Shown: positions 52,948 to 64,000 of the stretch, in pieces
How the letters are laid out: every line of letters begins with the position of its first letter
Position numbering within the stretch: the first letter of the stretch is position 1
NCBI GenBank assembly: GCA_051362555.1
Contig: CM120641.1
Location: 42,414,401-42,478,400, forward strand
Direction: 5' to 3'
DNA: 64,000 nucleotides
From: Lingula anatina
Lineage: Eukaryota; Animalia; Brachiopoda
Position numbers and translations under genes: made by a program
The notes under the pieces: generated by a model
What the model was told of the DNA's origin: nothing
The model's input: the letters and a program-made list of their open reading frames with translations, nothing else
The model's database searches: none

Positions 52948-55404
52948 AATAGGAATGCCATGATTATTTTTCGTTCTTTTTCATAGATACTGTGAATTTA
53001 GTGCAAACTGGACTTTTCTGTCAAATGTTTGCGTGGTTGCATAGAAAGAAGTTGGTTCAATACAGATATTTCCGTATTAGATTTTAAAGTTGAATTGTGA
53101 TTTGTTTATAAACATGTTATGTCATGTGTATCGAAATGGGTTGCTGATATGGTTATATACTGCTTTATCAAACCCTAAGGTGTTGTATTTCTTACATGTG
53201 GATTTTTTGTTTAATTTTAGTAACTTACCTACTGTTTAGGAGCTGATTGGTTGCAACCCCCCCCCCCCCCCCCCCCCCCCCCCCATTCAAAGCCTACAGC
53301 ATCAGATTGGTGTTCGGCAGTGCCCGCACCCATGCCAAGATTGTCGCACTAAGGTGGTCTTCTAGTTAATATCCGGAGATTGGCATTGGTATCGAATGTA
53401 ATGTTTTAAGTTGGGTTATAATATTCTGCATCATACTATCATAAAATGTGAAGTCGCACGTAAAAAGCAATTAATATATTCTGAAAAACTCTGATAAAAG
53501 AAATAAAAATGAACGGATTATATCTAAACTAAGAGTCCATCCATGTTGCTGATTTAGTATCATTTATGTGCCAAAATTTGCCGAATTCTTGTGTGTGTGT
53601 GTTTGTGTGTGTGTGTGGGGGGGGGGGGGGGGCGGGGGGGCGGGGGTTTCGTTAGTTGATTGAGAAAAAGGTTTGAATAAATTCCACCCCTGCACATACT
53701 GTTATTTCTTTAAGAGCGAATCTTGATCATGTAACACCGAAGACCAGATTTGAGATTTATAGGTTTTAATTGCAAAATGCACTGTAGCAAGCTATTTCAT
53801 GAAAACCAATTTTGTTTGATCTTTTCCATTTTGTATGCATATGTATATATTGTTCTTAGAAGTGGCTTTATGTCGTTCCCGATTCTTTCCTCTTAGAATT
53901 GTACCACCAAGTATCTATATGTAGGATTTAATGTGAAGAAGACAAAATGTGTTAATCAATAATTATTTTTAGAAAACATGTATGAACATTTCGGCATGAC
54001 CCTAGGCAATAAAAAGAGCATGCGTGCCTGATAATGTTCTAGTGAATTTAAGCATGACAACATGGAACACTGACTAACTAATTTCGATTATAATGCTCGA
54101 TTCAATTTTTTCCCATTAACATGTGCAGGGGTAAGGCTACATATTGCTAAAATAGTTCTTATATTTGTTTCAGATAAGGTTATGTGTCAAACGTAGGCCA
54201 TTTTCTGTCCCAGACTGACAAGCCATCAAAATATTTTTGAACGATAAGTATACTTTGTATTTTTTAAACACATACCCACAGATTTCAATTGTTCAATTTA
54301 CAATGATCAAAAATATTTTATAAAGAGGCTGTTTGCCATATACAGTCTCCTATTACGCTCATATATTTTGCTTTGAGGGAATGCTGCACTCTCGGAGTAC
54401 CCTCTGAAGATATCATTTATTAATTTCTGATCATAATTTTGACAAAAGGCAACCTATAGACACAAGCCATGTCTTTTCTCGGTGCTAGTTGAATCTTAAC
54501 TCCCGACAAGCCGGAAAAATATATCATGAAAATTAACATTTAAAAACATTTTAAGAACCTATCCATTTTATTTAAAAAATTCATAACATTATTTTCTCAT
54601 TTCAGAAGCCCACCTCGATACTGCACAACATGCACCTGGACCTACCTTGCCTTTTATCCGACATCTCGAACTCGGCAACCATCAACGCATTTATATTTGA
54701 ACTGAATAAATATGTTTTCTGTGGTTTGTTTTTCGTTTTGATATTAAATAACAATGACAAAGATTATAGCAATGGCAAGAGAAATGGAATAAGATGACAT
54801 ATCATTATAATGGCAGATTTCGCACTCTCATATTCAGTCTTCCTAAAATGGGCTTGTAAATATATCCTTTGATATTGGCTATTTTGTGGTAACTAACGAG
54901 CTAACGAAAGTGAAATGGTTTAAAAGTTCTAAACATGTCAATCCGCATTTATAAATTATTTATATTTGGCATTCCAAATTTCATATGAATTCCTCTTATA
55001 AAAATTTGAACAGAAAAATGAGAAAGTGGAAAGAACCTTCACCAACGCTTCGTTAGTGAAATAATAAGTGAAACGTTTTACAATTCCTATTCTTAACAGA
55101 AATTACATCCTCGTTTTAAGTGGTTTCTTATTGCACGCATTTTCTTTATCAATTTCAAGACCGTTTGTCTTATTTTTTCTGCCCTTCAAAAATAGATATC
55201 CATTACTCCCATTTAAAATAAAGCATGCTCCATTTGGTGCTATCCTGTTCTTTAATTGTACAATGGTTGGATAGATTTTATTTGGTTTGCTTTTTCAACG
55301 TATTTCTTCATGTTATTTTCATGTCATTTTGATGACAAATATCTTTATACATGTAGTTTTGAGTTGAATTTTTATTTTCTCAATACTATTTGTTATATAC
55401 TTTT

Positions 55405-56416
55405 CCCACCTGTCACCCCTCAAAGTAGTAATGGACTCACCCCACCTGTCACCCCTCAAAAGAGAAATGGACTCGCCCCACCTGTCATCCCTCAAAAGAG
55501 GAATGGACTCGCCCCACCTGTCACCCCTCAAAAACGGAATGGACTCGCCCCACCTGTCACCCCTCCAAAACAGAATGGACTCGCCCCACCTGTCACCCCT
55601 CAAAAACAGAATTGACTCGCCCCACCTGTCACCCCTCAAAGTAGTAATGGACTCGCCCTACCTGTCACCCCTCAAAAACGGAATGGACTCGCCCCACCTG
55701 TCACCCCTCAAAGTAGTAATGGACTCGCCCCACCTGTCACCCCTCAAAAACAGAATTGACTCGCCCCACCTGTCACCCCTCAACAGTGGAATGGACTCGC
55801 CCCACCTGTCACCCCTCAAAAGAGGAATGGACTCGCCCCACCTGTCACCCCTCAAAGTAGTAATGGACTCGCCCCACCTGTTACCCCTCAAAGTAGTAAT
55901 GGACTCGCCCTACCTGTCACCCCTCAAAAACGGAATGGACTCGCCCCACCTGTCACCCCTCAAAGTAGTAATGGACTCGCCCCACCTGTCACCCCTCAAA
56001 AACAGAATTGACTCGCCCCACCTGTCACCCCTCAACAGTGGAATGGACTCGCCCCACCTGTCACCCCTCAAAAGAGGAATGGACTCGCCCCACCTGTCAC
56101 CCCTCAAAGTAGTAATGGACTCGCCCCACCTGTCACCCCTCAAAGTAGTAATGGACTCGCCCAACCTGTCACCCCTCAACAGTGGAATGGACTTGCCCCA
56201 CCTGTCACCCCTCAAAGTAGTAATGGACTCGCCCTACCTGTCACCCCTCAAAAACGGAATGGACTTGCCCCACCTGTCACCCCTCCAAAACGGAATGGAC
56301 TCGCCCCACCTGTCACCCCTCAACAGTGGAATGGACTTGCCCCACCTGTCACCCCTCAAAAGAGGAATGGACTCGCCCCACCTGTCACCCCTCAAAGTAG
56401 TAATGGACCCACCCCA
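55405..56416. repeat. Minisatellite, 28 x 36-bp units (cccacctgtcacccctcaa-N7-aatggactcgc)
   Basis: Units start every 36 bp from 55405 to 56377; a short variable core takes about 7 recurrent states. Confidence 0.97.
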
Positions 56417-56512
56417 CTTCCACATCAAATTAATGAGATTATCCCAGCGGCGATTTCTCAAATACATCATGACAAAAAAGCACTGCATTACACTTATTGT
56501 GAACTTTGAAAT

Positions 56513-56733
56513 GAAAGTGTATTAAATATTATTAGACGACTACAATAGTTGTACAATAGTCAGTCCCACAGTATACTAAAAGTTATATTTCACAATTATC
56601 GCACTTATTACGACCTATGAAACGAAAGTGTATTACTTATTATTAGACGACCACAATAGTAGTATTATTTATTATTAGATTATTATAATAGTAGTACAAT
56701 AGTCAGTCCCACAATATACTCAAAGTTTTATTT
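56513..56733. repeat. Imperfect direct duplication adjacent to the minisatellite
   Basis: gaaagtgtatta...tattagacgac...gtacaatagtcagtcccaca.tatact.aaagtt.tattt occurs twice; the second copy has an AT-rich insertion. Confidence 0.7.
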
Positions 56734-59068
56734 TGTGAAATGATGCACTGCATCTTACAAACTATCACAATTTTTAGAATTCGGTACAAATTAATATTAC
56801 TTTTATTTCTGCATATTTGACATCAAGATTAAAACTCCTAAAAGCATATTTATTCAAGCAGTTTGTCGTCCACAAGCACCATAATGGAGCATTTACGAAT
56901 GATAAGCATACCAAACTGACTTTCACAAAGTAAATTATAGTAGCAAATGATACAGTAGTTGATCGACTTAATATAGGTTTCAACTAGCGCTTAGGTGAAA
57001 AATGCACTTTTACACTTAAGTTTGAAAGCTGTGTTATTAAAATACTTTGAAAATTACGTTATGGCAATCTAAACACTGATAATTACATAAAATAATAAAG
57101 TATGACAGAAACTTATTGAGATTTTAATAGAATCATAAATCCAAATTTGTTCCAAGGGGTAATTTTAAAAAATAACCCCAAATACCTGAAGTATAAGTTG
57201 AAAACAAAAAATTGTTTGTATTATTGAAAAAGGAACACAATCGATGTAAGTACATCATTTCAGCATGATAGGTTTAAGATCATTTGAATATCACAGCAGA
57301 CGCAAGCTCGTGTCCGTCCAGTTCCAAAATTAGGTCAGAGGGCCAGGCCAGCTATCGGTGCATTTTGCAGTATTTCGGCAAAGGAGATGGCAGGTCTGAA
57401 ATTTAAAGACAACGTTATTAGTGACATAGTTCATATTCCTAAAGCAATAAGATTCAAACTAAAATAAAGTAAACTGAACATTGAAAGCCTTGTATTGGTG
57501 TTGAAAAAGTCGGATTGAGGCTAGCTGAACACCAAACTGCCAAATACTAATGGTACTTGAGAAGTATTACGAACATACTACTACATCAACTAAAAATTCT
57601 AGAAAAAGAAAATTGATTTATTCTTATAATACAGCTGTTGAAATTCTTCTCTGGTTAAAGCAGGTGTTTTGAAAATACTTATTTGTTCTGGTGGCACCAA
57701 ACCGACAGTCTCTGGGCAACAAAAAGGGTCTTATATGATAGCAACTTTTACATTATACTTCTATTTATCGGTATTTTTAAAAGAATTTTAGAGATTATCA
57801 ACTTACGCATTTTCGTAAAATCAATGAATCACCAAGACAACTGTCAAGCCCGAAGTTTAGAACATGTGAAAATATACGGATATTATTTCCTGATAAAATA
57901 AACTCGAGTAAATATGAGAAATAAGTTAACTGTAAAAAATAACATCTCAACTACAAAGAAAAGTGAGCCTGTTAGGCCTATTCAACAAAATATTGAATAA
58001 AAGAAGCACCCGGTAAACACCCATAAACAAACTTTATCCAAGGAGTTATAACTCCTTGTTTTATCAAACTGGATTCACAAAGTTCACGAAGTATGCAAAT
58101 TACTCTGGTGATAGATGTACATACCATGGAATTGTGCACGTACGACGTAACTTGTTTTCATTCTTATACGCTATTATTCCTTACTTGTTGAGGAAATGCT
58201 ACTCACAAGGCATATTCGTATATCAACGCTGAATGAAATATTCTGCGACGCGACTTCGCCACACTTAGGCTATCCTGCGTCCTCTTCTTACAGACTCCAG
58301 CCGTCAAATGACTATTCTGGAAGACATCTCATGTTGCACGGAGCGATCATGCACTGTTATGTTAATTATACTATGGCTGGCGTTTCGGACAATGTATTTT
58401 GGGTACAAGCTTGCCTGTATTTTCATACGCTTCGGTGCGTTCATCCTATGGTTCAAAGCGCTAGCCGTGGCATACGTCAGTTACAACTACTCATCGTCCA
58501 CTGTATGTGCATCAATATAATTAGGCTCTTGTATGTTGCATACAGAGAGCATACAGAGCACACCTATTACTGATAACAGGGATGGTGCATTTTGATTGGG
58601 GAGTTGTTTGTAATAATTCTCACAGGAAAGGCGCATCTACCAGTGCTTTTAAAATCTTACAGACGAATTGACAAGATTATAGCTTATGATAGACGGAGCT
58701 TATTTCATCATTACTGCCTCAAGTTCCCTCATTGCAGAATACGCTAATGCCGTATACCTTACCCACTCAACACTTGACGGAATGCCATTGGTTTAGACAG
58801 AATCAGTAAATATTGCAGACACAAATCTGCTTTGTGTGGATTTGTGTGGGGAGGGGCATTTTGATAAAAAAAATTTCTTTGGGATTATTTTTCTGCTTTT
58901 TGCCTTAAATCTTTGGTTGAGGCAAAACAGTAATATAAACAAAGCCTGGTTCAACATGGTTGAAGGTTCCAATCTAAAATCAAATATATGAATACATAAG
59001 CGGTCTTTTCTGATGAATCTTAACCCATACATGGTACAAACAACACGTTAGGTTTATCACACAAAACA

Positions 59069-59074
59069 TTTATT
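59069..59074 (-). promoter_or_regulatory. Likely polyadenylation signal of GTPBP2
   Basis: AATAAA on the minus strand followed by GT-rich sequence (tgttttgtgtg...gtgttgtttgt), about 1 kb after the stop codon. Confidence 0.55.
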
Positions 59075-60107
59075 GAAAACAATCTTTAGGATTCAAAAAT
59101 GCAATAAATTACTTGAAATAGAATTCCTTCAATAACAATCAATTTTTGAACACGCCCATGATGCAACAACTGATACAAGTTCACATATAAATACACTAAC
59201 AATAATTACTATCAAAACAAGTTTAAAAGCTAAAATGTGGAGCCTAAGATACATACTATATTATAAAATACTAAAGAGTTTTTGAACAGTAATATAAAAA
59301 ATATAAAAAAAAAACAGGACTATGGTACGTGGTTCCATGGTACCAGAAATGATAGGTACAGTATGGCACCAAACCATTGTAGGTACAGGACCATAGGTAC
59401 CTCAAATCCACTAATCTACAGCAAAATATTGGCTAAATTGACAGTCTTCCAGTGACAGTAAAACTGCCATTGATATCTGACTTCATTTGACTACATGGTA
59501 GCTACGGTTTAGAACTGCTTCACATTGAATGAAGGCAATGGATAGTCAGTGTTTCAGTCACTCCTGGCCATCTCACCCATCTAATGGACAATTCCATTAA
59601 AAAAATTTGCTCTGTAAATTTGCATGCACATTAAAAGCAGATTTAAATGGACTGAAAAGCCTCATTTTCAAAATAATTGACACAGATTCCAAGTATTCTT
59701 CTACAAACATTACAGCCAAAAGTATCTCACGATTTAAAAATATAATACCAAATATGGTTACAAAAATCTTGTAAGAAACCAGAAGCTAATAGTTGACTTC
59801 TAACCATGTGTGGTAAAAATTCCACACGGCATTTTCAACCAATTAATATAACTAACTGGTTCTCATGAAGGGTCTCAAGCCTTCGATAAAAGTTGCAAAA
59901 TTAATGCTGCCAAAATATCTTTATGCTGAACTGATAAACAAATTGCATGAAGCCTTAAAGGACTGATACAACACGATTGCAAAGTCCAATCATGGCACTA
60001 ACACGTATGGGGATTCTACTATGATCTATGACCCTATGTTGACTCCAATTTAAGCTTTGACCTAGATCTATAATGAACTTGACCCATGTAATTTTACTCT
60101 TGTCAGT

Positions 60108-61355
60108 TCATCTATCTTGCCTGTCATCAAATTCATAGGGGAATATTTTTGTGACCTCTCCCATTCCCTTGGTTTTTCCATCTCGAAACAGGAGTCTTGA
60201 CCCCTCCACAATATATTCCGGTTGCTTGATGAATCTGAATCTTACTTGGGCCTTTTCATTGGTTTGCAGACACTCCTGTCAATACACAAGGAAACAATAG
60301 TAAGTGGTATTAACCTTGACAATTTTCTTTCTGTATTCAGTTTTTTTTTTTACATTTATGTATGGCAATTTTCACTGTACTGCATTTATGACATTTCTGA
60401 CCGACACAAAGCATGTTAGAATTGGTAAATATCAGCATGTCATCTAGAATTTTAAAGATCTTGATAGTAACCGAGTACCATCTAAAAGAAATATAACAAT
60501 TGAAGTGACATATTCTCAAGTGGAAACCTACTCACCTTGTTCATCCACTCTAAGATAGCAGTCTGGCAAACATTCCCTATGTGGACTGTGGTCTGGAAGC
60601 CTTTACTAATGCTCTTTGAGTGGAACAGCAAATATATGCTGGCCTCAAAACAGGTGCTTGATACTGGCTCACAGTGACGATCTACTAGGACCATTCCCTA
60701 ACATAAACAATTTACATAATAGGTACCAAAATGTTTGTGTAAGTTTACCATGTAAGTCAATCATGTCTCAAATTTAGAACACAATAACATTAATTAATAT
60801 TAACATCACCAAATGCAAAAAAAAACTCCAAAAATAATGCAAGTATACAGCTTTTTTAGATCAATCATAAGATTTATTCTATAATTTTCAAGTGACCATA
60901 CCGACTACCATCTATTCTGTATTTTCAATAAAAAGTACTTAAATACACGACAGATGTAACTGCTAGTTGTCAATACATAACTATGTACACCTACCTTTCG
61001 TATACTAAATGGACAGTGTCCAAGTGACAGAGTAGCTGTTTGACCAGCCTGGACAAGGCGGCAAGGGAGGCGGTTTCTATGCAGGGAGTGGATAAACACT
61101 TCCTTAAAGTGACCATTGTCTGTTGGTCCTGCTAACAATTTCTCACCTTCCTTGATACAACCCCTAGAAAAATTATTAAATTTATTTAGTCTTTTTGGCT
61201 TCTTTACATCTCTCTATAAAATGTGACAAATTCCCTGTCAAAGGCATTAGTGTGAATACCGACTTTCTCTTCTGAGACCAAGATATTTAGTGAAGTACAC
61301 ATCATGTGACCACCAAATAATGTGTTCCAAAAAATCAGCACTATAAGTTTACAAA

Positions 61356-61390
<35 letters not shown>

Positions 61391-64000
61391 AATTCAGTCA
61401 CTGTCATCTGTATCGCCAATAAAATATTTCCTTACCTTACAAGGGTCCCCCCAACCACCGTCCCAACCTCTGGCACTGTGTAGACTTCGTCAACCTGAGG
61501 AAGAAAAAGGTATCTTCTTAAATGATATTTCATTACAGCAAGTAAATCAAAAGACAACTCTTACATCAACCTGACCTATTAAGTTCAGGTCTGACCTTGA
61601 AAAACAAGTAAAACTTTTTGGATTTTTAAAGCTATGTTTTCAGTCATATTACTACATTTTTGAAAAATCTATACTTAAAACTATAAAAACTGATAACACA
61701 ACTTATTTAATAATTGATGTGCAGCAAAATATAAATGCATCTAACAACACAAACAACAACTTTACAATCAGACTTTACAAGGTAGAAATACAAAGTGTTT
61801 CTACCACTATGTATGTTAGTCAAGTAGTTGTATTTTACATAAAATAAGCTGCTTAAATCTATTTCTGGACCTCCAAAGTTGTCTAGTTGACAATGTTATT
61901 TCTCCCTCTCAGTACTCCAGGCGATGTCTCCAAGAGGGCGAACAATGCCATCAATTAGACAAATTTGTATGCCCAGAAATAGAATTCAATAGTATATTCT
62001 ATATAAAGTGTATCTGATTTATAGCACTTAACTGGTGGTGGTATCAAAACCAGTGAACTCACCATGTGCAGAGCAGGTTCCTGGAGCAAGTGCTCCCTGG
62101 ATTTGGCACTGTGAAGTGGTGGCAAGACATTGAGAAACTTGAGAAGTATGTTGATGTTCTTTCCACTGACACTGGATAACTGGAAGATGGGGGCAATCCT
62201 GAAAGAAAAATATCAGTGTCACAAACCCCTTAAGAAAATAATTATTTTTCCATTTCTAAATGCAGTGATAGCTACATTTTAATTGTAAAAAAACAATACT
62301 ATGGATAACATATGAAGCTGAAAAAATCAATCCAATTTGCATTCAAAAATGGTTAATAAATATAGTCTTTACTTTAATCCATAAATTAACAAATAAACCC
62401 CTATTATGATATATATCAGCCGTACTACAGTTCTAGAATGTTACATGTTACAGTAGGAATAAATAGGAATCTTACTCATTGGAGTTAAACCTGGTGGCTG
62501 CAACCATGGCATCATCTTCTGTTTCCACACGGAATGGGATCTTATTACACCCAGGTGACTTCAGCAAGCGTTCAAGGTGTGTTATAGTGCGCTCAATGTA
62601 AGTGGGGCGACTCATGTCTATTTTACTTATAACGTAAAACACCGGGACATCCACTGCTAAGGCAAGACCAAGATGTTCTTTTGTAGTACCGGCTTGAAAA
62701 ATTGAAATAAGAATTGAGAGTTTAATATCAAGTGAAGGATATTATAGTTCTTCATAACTTCATAATTAATATTGGACATGTGAAAATATACTGCTTTTTA
62801 TCTACAGAGTACTATATCAACTCATCAATTTTTTCTTCTTTATGGCAGCCTTAAGATTTCATTAGGAATGCACACATTGAGAAAAGCAATGTCTCCCAAA
62901 AATTTTTTGTTTTTCAAAATTATACACATTGTACCAGCAACTGACTGGGTATCACAAACATTGTAACCAGTATCCACATAAATGGTTTTATTTAGAAAAA
63001 TGCATAAAAAGACAACAGGACTTTATAAATTCGGCTGTACATACCTATGCCAGTATTGGCACTAATAACAAGCATGGCGAAGTCGGGGGCATAGCCAGTG
63101 AGACCAAATATCGTTGTCTTCAGGTATTTGTGATGTCCTGCCAAATCTATCATGGTTATTAGCTTGCTGGAGTTCTCACAAATTTCTTCTATACTACGAG
63201 ATTCACTATAGTTGACCACCTGGGGAAGGAGAAAAAATTACATGTAACTTTGTATGGTATGTAATCATGCTTGGAGTTCAAAGGTTGTGACAAAAAATTC
63301 CCATAGACAGACACGAGTCACCTTTTTTGTCCTAAGGGTTTGTAAGCTATGAACTTACCAGATTTAGGTTAGCACATTATTAAGAGGAAGATACAGTAAA
63401 CTCATCCAAGTACAGTACCCACAACATTTTAACAACTCTTTTTATCATAGATTTGCTTTAAAAACTAACAGGAGCAAGGAACGCAGCACTTGAACAAATT
63501 TATTTTACAGATTGTTGCAGTTCCTTTTCATTCTCACCTCTCCATTGTTTGTAAAACCCAAAATCTCATGGCTAATACTAGATGTCCTGCCAGACTGAAT
63601 CTCATGCAAATGTCTGAACAAGTTGAGACGTGCCCGGCCATGCCCATTGTCCAGTTCTCCCTGTGTAAGCACTCCTAGCAGAGTGCTCTTTCCGGCATCT
63701 GCATTCCCTAGCACTGCCAGTCTCACATCTATAAACTGAAAGGCAAATAGAATTGTGTTAGGAATTACAATGAGGTAATTGTGTCGGGTGTGACAAGAGA
63801 TAATTGCAATAAGTGTGACACTTAAATAATTGGCTTTAAAAAGGAGTGTGTGCCTGTGTTTGTTTGCATGCTTTCATCCTATTAAGCATGTTTAGGACAT
63901 AGGAGGTTACAATTATCACAAATCTACATACTAGTATAGTGTTGTCTAATAGCTATTAAGTGAACTGGTATGTCCCATGTTTACGTACCTGTTGGTCATC
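60108..64000 (-). CDS. GTPBP2: GTP-binding protein 2 (translational GTPase, ribosome rescue), 5'-partial
   Basis: Exons >64000-63989, 63735-63538, 63219-63045, 62692-62476, 62198-62063, 61494-61436, 61163-60995, 60697-60536, 60275-60108 (TGA). Motifs: [95 protein letters not shown]. Confidence 0.96.
61353..61391. repeat. (AAAT)n microsatellite in a GTPBP2 intron
   Basis: Direct read. Confidence 0.9.

Noticed and set aside
55405-56416. CRISPR-like constant repeat with variable insert
   Set aside because: The variable part is only ~7 nt and recurs in a few states; there are no unique spacers and no cas genes, and the context is eukaryotic.
55319-56488. Minus-strand RGD-repeat ORFs (RGDRWGESI)
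   Set aside because: Translation by-product of the minisatellite, broken by stops; no signal peptide or splice context.
58196-58573. 125-aa and 70-aa ORFs in a CpG-richer intergenic patch
   Set aside because: No recognisable motif or splice structure; possibly decayed transposon sequence, which cannot be supported without a search.
59320-59402. GGTAC-rich quasi-palindromic patch in the GTPBP2 3' UTR
   Set aside because: No long consistent stem by eye; likely low-complexity sequence.

Overview
AT-rich eukaryotic genomic DNA, probably from a mollusc or other lophotrochozoan (inferred from the sperm-type H1 and intron style). It holds three genes. (1) The 3' 47.8 kb of a giant + strand gene. 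I traced 85 GT-AG exons in a continuous frame, giving about 6,600 aa in this window with the N-terminus lying upstream. It encodes a type-I membrane protein: over 4,200 aa of ectodomain (mostly Cys-rich GCC2/GCC3, ephrin-receptor-like repeats arranged in ~685-aa super-repeats, then an RRLL motif), one TM helix, and a ~2,350-aa cytoplasmic tail (DPxTG repeats, long coiled coil, C-terminal globular domain with HCLAH). (2) A solitary, intronless, minus-strand H1-family gene resembling bivalve sperm protamine-like PL-II/PL-I, with an H1 box, a histone stem-loop plus HDE, and a downstream AATAAA. (3) The 3' part of GTPBP2 on the minus strand. Also present: a candidate 21-nt microexon, an inverted MITE pair bracketing a 927-nt in-frame exon block, and a 28 x 36-bp minisatellite with a 7-unit higher-order duplication. 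No prokaryotic features or CRISPR arrays. All coordinates were read by eye and no database searches were run.
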